Source: an uncultured archaeon (GTDB lineage: Archaea > Thermoproteota > Bathyarchaeia > Bathyarchaeales > Bathycorpusculaceae). Taken from it: a stretch of DNA of 64,000 nucleotides. Positions 51,744 to 62,497 of the stretch are shown here, piece after piece (position 1 is the stretch's first letter; the number at the start of each line of letters is the position of its first letter). Below the pieces are notes generated by a model that worked only from the letters and a program-made list of their open reading frames with translations, had not been told where the DNA came from and ran no database searches. The stretch spans positions 96,001-160,000 of the forward strand of contig CAWALK010000023.1 of NCBI GenBank assembly GCA_963782915.1. The letters are read 5' to 3'. A program made the position numbers and the translations under genes.

Positions 51744-53698
51744 TTGGTTAAGCATGTAAAGCGAACAATTGCACAATTTCTTCTTTTTGCGGTTGCAATT
51801 TATTTGATATCGTTTGTTACACCGGGGCTCTATATTAGCAACTTTTTCTCCGGATTGCTTTTTACGATGTTGTCTGCGTTCTTGATTTTTCTTCTTTGGC
51901 CTCTACTTTTGAGGTATCTAGAGCGTTTTCTGGTTTTGACCTTTGGATTGGGCTCTTTTGTATTGAGCACGCTTATTTTATGGTTGGGCAGTCTTTTGAT
52001 TCCGGGTGTAACGATTAGTGGTTGGGGTTGGATATTTGCCCCTATAACCGTCGCCGTTGCTAGTGCGATTGTTACTGTGGTTCTAAATATTGACGACGAT
52101 GACGTTTATGCTCGTTCAGTCTACTCTCATCTTAAACGTCGAACAGAAAAGGGTAAACTCGAAGATAAAACTGGGAAGCCAGGGTTTGTTTTCTTGGAAA
52201 TTGACGGTTTATCCGAAGCGGTTCTTAGGCTGGCAATAGATAAAGGAAAAATGCCCTTCCTCGCCGATTTGGTCAAAAAAGGTAGCCATACGATTAGAGG
52301 GTGGGAAACTGATCTTTCCTCTCAAACAGGTGCAAGCCAAGCAGGCATACTTCACGGTTGTAACAAGGATATTCCTGCTTTTCGCTGGGTAGATAAATCC
52401 ACTAACAAAATTGTATCGTCAAACGGTATTGGCGATGCACCCATGATTCAAGCCCGGATTTCTAACGGTAATGGTTTGCTCTCAGTTAATGGGGGAGCGG
52501 TTACGAATCTCTTCACGGGTGATTCTAAGGATAATATCTTTGTGTACAGTGTAGTGAAAGATATCAAGCAATTATACAGTGAATCATGGAGCGCGTTTTA
52601 TACTCAGACCTTACAATTTTGCAAGAGTTTTCGTTCTGGCTTTGTTAGACATGATTTTTGAGGTCAGGTCACGTTACAGACAATCGAGACAAAATATTCA
52701 ACCTCGACTTCATCGGCGTGGACTAAAGTATTTTATTGGACGTGCGGGAGCAAATGTGATTTTAAGAGAAATAAGCACCTACATCTTAGTCGGCGACATC
52801 ATCGCCGGCGACAAGGATGTAGTTTATTCAACCTATTTTGGGTATGACGAAATCGCCCATCACTGCGGAATAACTGATGCTGAAAGTTTTTACGCTTTGC
52901 AAAAGCTTGACCACCGAATAAGCAGAATTTTCGCCGCACAAAAATACAGTAAAAGACCCTATAACATCTGTATTCTTTCGGATCATGGGCAAACAAATGG
53001 TGCTACCTTCAAGCAACGTTTCGGCTTAAGCTTAGATGAACTAGTCAAGAGACTCTTGCCTGAGAAAGAAACAATCTATCAGGGAACTAGATTCAAACCA
53101 GGATCATTTTTCGCAAATGATAACCGCTCCCAGCGATACAGTTAACCGTAAACTAAAACCGCACTCTAAAGAGAAGAAACAAAAAAGTGCACAAGCCATC
53201 GTTTTAGCATCAGGCAACCTTGGTTTAATTTATTTCACCCGATGGCCCCAGCGAATGACTTTAGATGAAATAAATGCAGTTTACCCCGAAATGGTTGATG
53301 GCCTAAAAAACCATGAGGGGGTAGGGTTCATTATGTTAAGATCAAAAGCAGATGGCCCAATAGTGCTGGGGAGAAAAGGCACGTATTACCTTAATAGTAA
53401 TAGGATTGAGGGTGAAAATCCCTTGGAGAAATTTGGAGAACACGCTGCCTCGCATCTTTTAAGAACCGACAGCTTCAAGTTTTTGCCTGATATTTTGGTC
53501 ATGAGCTTATACGACTCTGAAAAAGATGAGGTTGCTGCTTTTGAGGAACTCATAGGTAGCCATGGTGGGCTTGGAGGCGGTCAGTCTAAACCATTCATTA
53601 TGTATCCATCGGAGTGGCGTTTGGCTGATGATGAAATTGTTGGGGCTGAGAGCGTCTATAAAGTATTCAAGCAATGCATGGAGAAATCGACAGGGTAA
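51744..53698 (+). CDS. 4-TM holin-like domain fused to alkaline phosphatase/type I phosphodiesterase domain (frameshifted)
   Basis: LTFGL 4TM domain; EIDGL, SSQTGASQAGILHG, GYDE.AHH, SDHGQ, ASGNLG, FEELIGSHGGLGG. Confidence 0.85.
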
Positions 53699-53772
53699 GC
53701 GGTTTTGTTTTTTCGAAGAGACCTCGCCATTACAATATGGCACTTTTTGCTGGTTAAACCTTGTTTACATCC

Positions 53773-53991
53773 TCATTCGATAATTCGTTTCCTAATCTCT
53801 TCCTGCTGCTCTGGCGAAAACACTTCTTCTTCGCATCTTGGGCACCGAAGCGCCTTAACATCATGCAGCACAACGCCATCGAATTCACAGTCAAAAGTCA
53901 CTTCTAAATATTCAACGCAGCAGGTTGGACACAGCAACGCGCCCGCTTTAGTGCCCTCTGGCTTACTGGTTGAATTTTTTGTCAAGCTCAT
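53773..53991 (-). CDS. YgiT/MqsA-type zinc-finger protein
   Basis: CPTC..V.A..CPRC.E..F. Confidence 0.75.
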   Translation of the reverse strand: MSLTKNSTSKPEGTKAGALLCPTCCVEYLEVTFDCEFDGVVLHDVKALRCPRCEEEVFSPEQQEEIRKRIIE

Positions 53992-54192
53992 CCATCCAAG
54001 CTTCCGCTTTAGCTATGTCCATCTTGCCAAAAACTGGGAAGCCAATAATTTTAAGGTATCCTCGATATAACCTCGGCATCAAAGAAACCAAATCCCCACT
54101 GTAGATGGTCATCGGTTACAGCAGCGAAAGTCCGCTATTGAACCGTGATTACATACAATAATTTTTACCCTCGATTACCCTTAGCGGGGTTA

Positions 54193-55195
54193 ATGAACCC
54201 AACCACACGTAACCAGCATATTCCCAAGATATCCGTCGTTATGGCAGTTTACAATAAAGCGCCCTATTTACGTGAAAGCGTAGAGTCTGTTCTAAATCAG
54301 GACTTTGGGGAGTTTGAATTAATCTGTGTAGATGTAGCTTCAACCGATAACAGCTTAGAAATACTCAAAGAATACGCATCCAAAGACCCCCGAATAACCC
54401 TTGTTAGTACTCCTTACTCTAAAATTCCAGCGGTAACCAAAAACATCGGCATAGACGCAACAAAAGGAGAATACGTATTCAACCTTGACGCAGACGACTA
54501 CCTGCGAGCTGACACATTAAAAGAAATGTATGCAAAAGCCAAAGAAACAAATGCAGATGCGGTTATCCCCGATTTGCAAACAGTCTCCCTGAACGGAAGG
54601 TACATTCAGCCATTTATCTCTGGCGTCAAAGGTAACCGACGCATTTTATTAACTAATAGGCAGGCTGTTACTGAAAGCCTTGATTGGACCATTCACGGGT
54701 TTGCTTTGTGGAAGGGCGATTTAATCCGCAGAATAAGGCTTGAAGAGTTCGGAGCCTACAGCGATGAGTACTCTGCAAGGGTGTTATTTTTTAACTGTAA
54801 ACAGGTCGCTTTTAGCGAGGGCATGTATTTTCACAGAATTAACGATCAATCGTTAACTGGAAAAATAAGCTTACAAATGTATGACCGCCCAGACGCAATT
54901 TACAGGGTGGCTTCATTCATTGAGAAACAACTCTTTAATGAAAAAAACGTTAACAGCCTACATTTTTCTGTTTTCAAAGATTGCTGTTTTTTACTCAACT
55001 ACAAAATATTTAGCTGCGTCTGAGATGGCGGAAGCTAAAAGAAGAATTAAAACAGTTTACGACCAAATTGATATGGGTCGAGTTAGGAAAAGCGTTTGTA
55101 CGTTGACGCCCGGTAGAGCTGCAATATGGAGGCCTAACGGCAGGGTTGGGAAATACATTTTTGCGTTTCTGACTTTCTTGGTTGGGGTTTGCTAA
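54193..55195 (+). CDS. GT2 glycosyltransferase (3' frameshift)
   Basis: ISVVM.VYN, STD.S, N.GI...GEY...LDADD. Confidence 0.88.
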
Positions 55196-55257
55196 ATAAG
55201 CTACCTTTAAAGCTGCTTTTCATGGGCTAAGGTTAACTGTAACTGGAAAAAGGAAAT

Positions 55258-55731
55258 TTAGGCACTGAACTTTTTGCCCAGTTCATCCGCCCAAGCTTCA
55301 ACCTTATTCAAATCAAGGTTATCGATTACTTTTTTTCCCAGAATCTTCATGCGTCCACCAAAAGCTTCAGTTGACACAGCGTTAACATTTGGGTACTTCG
55401 ACAGTGTGTTTTCAACGAATTTTGCTTTAGCGTCAGCATAACTTTTTGGGTCTCCACCTTGCCCTGAAGAAACAAAAAACGCCACTTTTTTACCCTCAAA
55501 ATTGTTCTCAAGGCATTTTAGGGCTTTGCCATAGATTCTACCAGCCCTCACACCGCCGCCGATAACAATGTTGCTGTATTGGGTGCAGTCAGAAATGTTC
55601 TGAACTCCCAAATCAACCAAGTCAACTTCTAATTGGTATTTAGAACGCAAAACATCCGCTATTTTCCTAGCCGACTCTTCGGTTGCGCCACTTTTGCTTT
55701 CATAGGCGACGAGCGTTTTGTTTTGGCTCAT
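55258..55731 (-). CDS. Flavodoxin-domain protein (HemG/flavodoxin_5-like)
   Basis: LVAY.SK.G.T...A..IA, I.GG.V..G, FGG. Confidence 0.85.
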   Translation of the reverse strand: MSQNKTLVAYESKSGATEESARKIADVLRSKYQLEVDLVDLGVQNISDCTQYSNIVIGGGVRAGRIYGKALKCLENNFEGKKVAFFVSSGQGGDPKSYADAKAKFVENTLSKYPNVNAVSTEAFGGRMKILGKKVIDNLDLNKVEAWADELGKKFSA

Positions 55732-56100
55732 CTATGCGCTCCCAGACGTGGTTTCTGGTATTATGCGTTTGCCGCAGTTGTGGCAGAAGATTGCGCCTTC
55801 AACGTTTTTGGCTCCGCAGTTAGGGCAAACAACCGTTCCATTCTGCGTTGCTTGGCCAGGTTGTGTTGATGTTTTTTGTTGCATGTTATCGCTGACTTTC
55901 TTAAATGCAGCTTGCGTTTCTTTGGCTGCCATATTGAATGCTTTCTCAAGTTCCATTCCAACCATGTAGAAGGCGTCTCTGAGTTCATCGGAAGGGTAGG
56001 AGACTTTCGCGGTTTTTCCTTGAGGGGTTTTGGTGCCGCATTTTGGGCAGAAGTTTGCGTCATCGGCGATTTGTGCGCCGCAGTTAGAGCAATAAACCAT
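55732..56100 (-). CDS. Zinc-ribbon domain protein (two double ribbons)
   Basis: YCSNCG..FCPKCG and CPNCG..FCHNCG. Confidence 0.85.
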   Translation of the reverse strand: MVYCSNCGAQIADDANFCPKCGTKTPQGKTAKVSYPSDELRDAFYMVGMELEKAFNMAAKETQAAFKKVSDNMQQKTSTQPGQATQNGTVVCPNCGAKNVEGAIFCHNCGKRIIPETTSGSA

Positions 56101-56206
56101 AATTTATAACACCACTCTAGATGCATGTGGCATCAGAATTTAAGCTTTAAAAAACTGGTGCATTTGTGTTTTTGTCTTTGTGTGGTTGTGGGGGTATTTA
56201 GATTTT

Positions 56207-56260
56207 CTTTGCAAGCAATGAAGATTCAATTAACAGCACAATGCAATTGGGCAATAACAT
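56207..56260 (+). repeat. Dispersed repeat module shared with 247-289
   Basis: CTTTGCAARCAATGAA..ACAGCRCAATGCAA.T.GGGCAATARCAT. Confidence 0.6.
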
Positions 56261-56390
56261 GACCTCGGCGGTTTCAAGCCATCTCTTAAATAAAAATTGG
56301 TAAAATTTTAAACAGATTACCCCCCCTGCAAACCAAATTTCGCAAACAGAACATACAAAAAATAGGGTTGAAGATACAGCCCTTTCTGTT

Positions 56391-57330
56391 TTATGGGATT
56401 ATTTGATTTTCCCGCAGAAAATTCATTGTTTCGCTGTGTATTGCAGCAAGGCGTCCTACCAAAAGGTGACCTCCACTTTCGAAAGGAACAAATTTTGCAT
56501 TTGTTATGTGTTGGGCTGTGTATTGCCCATATTCGAAATCAACTAAGCCGTCTTCTTTTGAGTGGAAGACGATTGTTGGAATAGTTATTGTTTCTAGGGG
56601 TAAGTTGATTTCGTCTTGGCAGTGAATACGGTCGTTGTAGAGTCCTGCTTGACGTGCACTCGCAGGCTGCATAACTCGTAGTATGTTGTTAACGTATTGT
56701 TTATCTTCGTTTGTCATATGATCTTGGACCTGCGCGTAAATGCCCAGAACGCTGAGTATTTGTGGTTGGTAACTGGTAGAGAGGAGCCAGATGCCCAAGT
56801 CTGAACGGAAAACGCCTTGAAACAGAAATTGGAAAATAGCATCAAGGGATGGAGCGTTATGACTGACCGCCATGGACATTACTAATGCTGAGCTTCTGTC
56901 AGAATGGCGAAGGACGAATTGCAGTGCAGCCGGTCCACCAAATGAAAAGCCCATTACGATAACTTTTGAGACGTTTAAAGCGTCCAGTAGGTCGGCAAAA
57001 GCGTCTGCTTGAGAGGCAACGGAAGCTCGGACGGCATTGGCGTGCGCAGATATCCAAAGCGTGAAGGAACAATTAATCGGAAACTCTCATTGCCAAGCAT
57101 TTGTCTAACACTTTGAACCATATCGTACCCCATAGCGCCGCCATGTGAAACTAAAACAGGGTAGCCTTCACCTACATCTGTATACTCAAGCAAGCCATGA
57201 GGGGTACTGATTAGTTTACTGCCGGACAGCGCTTGTTGGCGGATAGTGGCTATAGATAATTGGTAGCTGAGCTCAAAAGGCATAAAAACAAGAATTGCAA
57301 TAACTACAACAGCAAAAAAGATAATTGCTC
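56391..57330 (-). CDS. Alpha/beta hydrolase (frameshifted; start approximate)
   Basis: HGG..G.D, PSRFGY, GFSFGG nucleophile elbow, D..V, GGH. Confidence 0.8.
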
Positions 57331-57334
57331 GGTT

Positions 57335-57700
57335 TTACCTTGTTAGTTTCATTAGTCGATTATTTATTGGATGAATCAGGCGCATATTTGAGTTCCAAGT
57401 TAACGCCAGAACTCCACCAACTATGCCTAGTGCAAAGCCAACTAAGAAACCGCCTCCTGCTACCAGGCTTGTCAATGCCAAAATGCCGATGGCGAATCCT
57501 AGGACTTTATTGTGCGGCGGTTGGCGAAGCAGCAAAACAGCGCATAGCGCCAGCATTACACCTGAACCAAAATGGAAAAGCAAGTCAATGGCGTCAAACC
57601 TTGCGGCGAACAATGCTTGATTGTAAGCCTAAAAAAAGACTTCAGTAATCACCAAAACTGCGGCTAAGACCGTTATGAGGAAAGCTGAAAGGGGGATGTC
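57335..57700 (-). CDS. Small membrane protein (DUF6114-like; start approximate)
   Basis: P.H...G..I..L...SL..GGGF.VG..LG.VGG.LAL.W. Confidence 0.55.
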
Positions 57701-57704
57701 TCTT

Positions 57705-57968
57705 TTAAAATAGTGTAAGAGTTTTATCGTTAACATTGTTTTTTGCCTCCTTGATTTCGGTTTTTCCTAGATTTATTCTAAAGGTGCCTTTGGTGCCTAC
57801 GACTTCCAAGATTACGTCCTCTGCAAAGGTTGCTTGAACGAGTTCCCCTAAGGTGCCCTCTATCAGGGCGCTGTCTAATGAGCCGTTGGTCAAGGCGACG
57901 TTTTTAAGGTGAGCCTTTGATTTGAGCTCTACCGAAAAGAAACGTTCACTTTCTATTTTGTTTTGCAT
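57705..57968 (-). CDS. Hypothetical protein
   Basis: MQNKIESERFFSVELKSK..LIEGTLG..LEVVG.KG..RINL, protein-like; 5' part of the track ORF overlaps the opposite gene. Confidence 0.6.
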   Translation of the reverse strand: MQNKIESERFFSVELKSKAHLKNVALTNGSLDSALIEGTLGELVQATFAEDVILEVVGTKGTFRINLGKTEIKEAKNNVNDKTLTLF

Positions 57969-58075
57969 TTCTTGTTTTTCTGAGAGCCTTTGGGTTGCGA
58001 TGGAGATTACTTTTATTTGCTTGCAGCGTGCAATTGTATACAGCGGTAGGAATACGTTCCAAGAGTGAATGCTAA

Positions 58076-58826
58076 TTGGAAGATGAAGAAGGAATTGAAA
58101 AGCTGTTCTTTGAGCTTGCGAGCGAGAGCAGACTAAGTATTCTACGGGAAATAAATAGGCAAAAAGGTAAAATGCGAGAAATCGCACGCAAACTAAATTT
58201 ATCTACTACTGATACTTTCAGGCAATTGCAACGGCTCAACGATGCCATGCTTGTTCAGAAACAAAACGATGGCAATTACGGCATAACGCAGTACGGTATT
58301 TTCGTTCTAAGAAGTTCAAATAATTTGGAATTTCTTTTCAAATATAGGCCATTTTTTTCTTCGCATGATTTCAATAGATTGCCCAGTCAGTTTCTGGATC
58401 GAATAGGCGAGTTATCCAAAGCCGAGTTTAGCTCAGACACCATGGCGAGCATCAATGTGGTTCAACGTATTATCAGAGAAGCTGACAAGTATATGTGGAC
58501 CGGAGTCGCAGAGCAACCCTTAAGCATTCGTCACATTCTTGTGGAGAGTATTCCTCGAGACGTCAAGTATAAGTTCCTTTTCTCAAACGGTACATCACTG
58601 CTGCCTTAACTTTTCCAGGAATGGAACGTGCGGTGGAATGGAGAGCCATAGAGAATATTCCCGTAAACTTAGTGATAAGCGAGAAAGAGGCGGGTATAAG
58701 CTTCTGTTTATCCTGATGGAAAGACAGATTATGCCGGTTTCTTCGGTAATGACCCGCATATTCATAGCTGGGTTAAAGATGTGTTTGAGTATTACTGGGC
58801 TAAAGGTGAATGAGTTTGAGTTTTAA
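58076..58826 (+). CDS. Winged-HTH transcriptional regulator (ArsR/DUF1724-like), frameshifted
   Basis: LFFELASESRL.IL, R.L.RL....LV.K..DG.Y..T.YG, HD...LP..F..RIGEL. Confidence 0.8.
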
Positions 58827-58994
58827 AATTTTAATGGACATCAATGAAATTAATATGATTAGTCGGAAATTTGGGCAGGCACCTGTTTTTAGTGCCATTC
58901 CTTTCTTCCAAAAATGTGGCTAGTAGCCGGCTCAGTACAATGCCGAATACACAGTGATATAAAAAATAAAAAAGAAGAAAAAGGTTGGTATTGT

Positions 58995-60360
58995 TTAATC
59001 TACGAGTTTTTTGCGGCCTTCTTCAATCAACCGCACTGTTTCGGCACGCCATGGCTCAAAGCCTTCAGGTGTGCTTGGATAGGTGTTGTAGTGTGCGCTT
59101 AGTCCCTTCATCATGGTGACGGTTGAGTGTAGCTTGTTGAGGAAGCCTACTTTGCGTATGCCGCGGAAGACACGTTTTGCGGTTTCGGTGATGTTTAGGT
59201 GGAAGTCGTCGCCCATGCCTGCTTTGAGTACGTCGTCTTCGGTCATGAGTTTCTGGTTCATGCCATAGTTAAGGTCCTCATCACTGCATGATAGCAAGAA
59301 CATTTTGAAGATGTCAAGTGTGCCCTGTTTTTTGCCGTAGGTGTCGATGTATTTCTTGTTGTAGCCCCAGAGTGCTTCTCTTGTGGGTTCGCCCTTTGAG
59401 AGTGCTTCAACGATTTGTTGGCCTGCAAAGTAGCCTGATAGCATTGAGGGACCGATGCCGCCGCCGTGAATTGGGTTAACTAATGATGCTGCGTCGCCGA
59501 CTAGCATGACACCGTTGCCGACCATGTTGTCTATTGGTCTGCGGACTGGGTCAAACCATGCGCCGCCGGTTAGGACTAGTGAGCCATCGAAGATTGGCTT
59601 CTTGAATGCGGTTGCATAGAGTTGCTCTTTGGGGTTAGGATAGCCGGTTTTGCGCATGCAGGTGCCGATGCCCACGTTTACGCGTGCGCCGCCTTTGGGG
59701 AAAATCCATACGTAGCCGCCTGGTGAAGCTTTTTGGTTGAGGTAGATTTCGCAGAAGCGGGTGTTTTCTGTTTCTTGTTTAAGTTGGCGGATTTCTCTGT
59801 AGCATGCTTCTACGTCTTCGTTTTCTACGTCGCGGTCTATGCCTAATTCGGCTGGGAGCTGTTTGCGGACCATGCCAAAGTAGCCTGTTGCGTCAACGAC
59901 GACTTTGCTGCGCATCTCGGACGACTTGGCCGGTTTTCATATTTTTAGCGGAGATTCCGGCTACTGCGCCTTTCTCGATTATTGGGCTGCGGAAATTCAT
60001 GTTATCCTGTAATAGTGCTCCGTTGTCGGTGGCTTTTTTGAGTACCCATTGCCCGAATAGGCGTCTGTTGAGTAGGTAGCCGACGAAGTCTTTGTCTGCG
60101 ATGGTGAAGACGGTGTTTTCGTCTGGGGAGTAAATTTTTATGCCGTCGATTTTGGTTTCTAACTCGCCGCCAGTAGGTTTCTCAAGCCCCAAGAATTTGA
60201 GGTGGTGCTCGCCTAGGGCGTCTCCGCAGATTTTTTCTCCGATTTCGGTTTTTGGTTTCTTTTCGACTAGACAGACTTTTAGGCCTTTTTCAGCTATGGT
60301 TTTTGCTGCAAGGCAGCCTGCTGTTCCTGCGCCGACAACTATGGCGTCGTATTTTTCCAT
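58995..60360 (-). CDS. Geranylgeranyl reductase family (DGGR-like), frameshifted
   Basis: YD.IVVGAG.AG, K.CGD, DATG, GY.WIFPK, VGDAA..VNP..GGGI. Confidence 0.92.
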
Positions 60361-60459
60361 CCTGTGTACACTCCAAGTAACTTTACTTATTACACCTTGT
60401 TGTGTTAGTAAACGCTTATAAATCATGAAGTGAGCAAAACCACACCGAGTGTACGCTAA

Positions 60460-60894
60460 ATGAGTGCCCCCCTAACATTAAGTGCCGAATTCCGAAAAAT
60501 AGTGGAAGCCCGCATGGCACAGGTACTGCGAGGCATAGAAGAAACTTTTAACGCAATCATTGAGAAACAAAACATTACACCCACCGACTTAACCGCCGAA
60601 CTGGAAAGCTTGCAGGATAGTTTTAACATGATTTTCCAGAAGTGGAGCCTAGAAATCCTCTACACAATAATGCTGAAAAAAGCCATAGGTTTCGGCGAAG
60701 TCAAAAAAACTTTAGGCGTAAACTCAAGAACTCTGAGTGACAAACTCAAGATGCTCCAAACTCACGGCTACATAAACCGAGCCGTCACTGCTGGGCCACC
60801 ACTCCGAGTCGAATACTCCCTGACCCCCAAAGGAAAAAACACCGTGCTACTTGCGTTGCCACTGCTGTATTATTCGGCTGAAGCTAAGGCTTAA
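60460..60894 (+). CDS. HxlR-family regulator
   Basis: KWS..IL, F.E....L, RTLS..LK.L...G.I.R......P.RVEYSLT.KG. Confidence 0.9.
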   Translation: MSAPLTLSAEFRKIVEARMAQVLRGIEETFNAIIEKQNITPTDLTAELESLQDSFNMIFQKWSLEILYTIMLKKAIGFGEVKKTLGVNSRTLSDKLKMLQTHGYINRAVTAGPPLRVEYSLTPKGKNTVLLALPLLYYSAEAKA

Positions 60895-61387
60895 GCTGAT
60901 TTTTCCGTATAACCTGCGGCAAACTTGTAGTCTCTTTCACTGTTTCAAAAACCATGCAAGTCAAAGTTTTCTCTAAGCCTTTGATGTGGCGTAGTTTGTC
61001 AACGACGAATTTGCCTACTGCCTCAACGTTTTCTGCGCGTAGCTTCACCAGCAGGTCCCAGTCTCCCGTGATAATGTGGACTTCTTGCACTTCGGGGAAA
61101 CGGGCGATTTCTTCCGCGACGTCTCGTTGGGTGATTGGTATGTCGTCTTTTGTGCGGTAAGAAACTGATGCTAAAATAAACGCGGCGGTGCCTAAGTTGA
61201 GTTTTTCTGCTGAGAGAATCGCGCGGTACTGTGTTATGATGCCGAGTTCTTCCATGCGTTTGATTTTGGCGAAGACTGTGGTGATTGGGGTGCTGATTTT
61301 TTTGGCGATTTGGTTGGCGGTTAGTTTGCTGTTTTCCTGAATGAGGGTTAAGATGGCGAGGTCTTTCTCGTCCAATTTGGCGCTCAT
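60884..61387 (-). CDS. Lrp/AsnC-family regulator
   Basis: LDE.D..IL..IQ.N, TV..KIKRME..GII, PEV.EVH.ITG.WD. Confidence 0.93.
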   Translation of the reverse strand: MSAKLDEKDLAILTLIQENSKLTANQIAKKISTPITTVFAKIKRMEELGIITQYRAILSAEKLNLGTAAFILASVSYRTKDDIPITQRDVAEEIARFPEVQEVHIITGDWDLLVKLRAENVEAVGKFVVDKLRHIKGLEKTLTCMVFETVKETTSLPQVIRKNQLKP

Positions 61388-61402
61388 ATGTAATTATTAC
61401 AT
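61388..61402. promoter_or_regulatory. Perfect 15-bp palindrome, putative Lrp/AsnC site
   Basis: ATGTAAT-T-ATTACAT directly upstream of the Lrp start. Confidence 0.5.
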
Positions 61403-61514
61403 GTTTCTGGTATAAAAACCTGTACTATTTGTAAATTATCCATGTTTTATTATAAAAAATTTATTACCTCCCCTGTACAGATGTACCACCAATAATATCA
61501 CGTAGTGAGCAGAC

Positions 61515-62477
61515 TTGACCAAACAAGAAATAATCCAACTCCCAAAGCCGCTAGATCAACTAACGGCTGCAGAAACTCAACGTAAAGCCTGCATAGGCAA
61601 AATTATGACTTACACACTCAAAAGCCTCACCAATACATACGTCAGTAAAGGTTTTGAATGGTTACTCCCAGTGGCTCTGAGCCAAAGCACCGACCCCCTA
61701 TGGCCTGACCCGGGTGCATCAATCGAGAAACGCATCGAAGTAGATATCTACGGCAAACCCGTCCGCACAACAGCCAGCATGATCGTGCACAAACTCGTCG
61801 GATGCTCAACCGCATACGAGAAACTATTCATCCTCTCACCAAACATACGCATAGAAAAAGCCGAACGCGCCAAAACAGGCAAACACATCTACGAATTCAC
61901 ACAACTAGACTTCGAAATACGCAACGGCACAACCAAAGACGTCTTCGCATTAGTCGAAGAAGCCATATGCACCCTAATCAAAGGCTTAAAGACCGAACGC
62001 AAAGCCGAATTAGAAGCAATAGGCCGCGGCGACTTGAAAGTTCCAACGGCACCGTTCAAGATTTTGGACCGCGCAGACCTCGAAGCCAAATACGGCGCTG
62101 ACTGGGAAGCAGCAACCTGCAGAGACATTACAGAACCAGTCTGGATAGTAAACATTCCACGCGAATTCTACGACTTCGAAGATTTCGCAACAGGCAAATG
62201 GGACAACTATGACCTCTTCATGCCACAATACGGCGAAGTCCTCTCAGGCGCCAGACGCGAATACGATTACACAAAAATCTACGAGAAAATGGAACGCGAA
62301 CAGGTCCGCAAAGAAAACTATTCCATCATCCTAAAAATGGCCAAAGACGGCAGACTAAAACCCACCGCCGGCGCAGGCATAGGCATGGAACGTATAGTCG
62401 GCTACATAACTGGCGTAGCACACATCGGCGAATGCCAACCCTTCCCACGCGTACCAGGAAACGTACAAGAACTCTAA
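61515..62477 (+). CDS. asnA: Archaeal asparagine synthetase A (AspRS/AsnRS catalytic-core paralog)
   Basis: TDPLWPD, SMI.HK, SPN.R.E, H..EFTQLD.E, GE.LSG..RE, GAGIG.ER; no anticodon domain. Confidence 0.9.
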   Translation: MTKQEIIQLPKPLDQLTAAETQRKACIGKIMTYTLKSLTNTYVSKGFEWLLPVALSQSTDPLWPDPGASIEKRIEVDIYGKPVRTTASMIVHKLVGCSTAYEKLFILSPNIRIEKAERAKTGKHIYEFTQLDFEIRNGTTKDVFALVEEAICTLIKGLKTERKAELEAIGRGDLKVPTAPFKILDRADLEAKYGADWEAATCRDITEPVWIVNIPREFYDFEDFATGKWDNYDLFMPQYGEVLSGARREYDYTKIYEKMEREQVRKENYSIILKMAKDGRLKPTAGAGIGMERIVGYITGVAHIGECQPFPRVPGNVQEL

Positions 62478-62497
62478 ATTACGGTGACAAAAAAACT

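Noticed and set aside
51744-52100. Holin-like domain as evidence of a provirus
   Set aside because: Fused to a phosphodiesterase; no capsid, terminase or integrase genes nearby
61515-62477. Truncated Asn/Asp-tRNA synthetase
   Set aside because: Missing anticodon domain plus TDPLWPD matches archaeal AsnA
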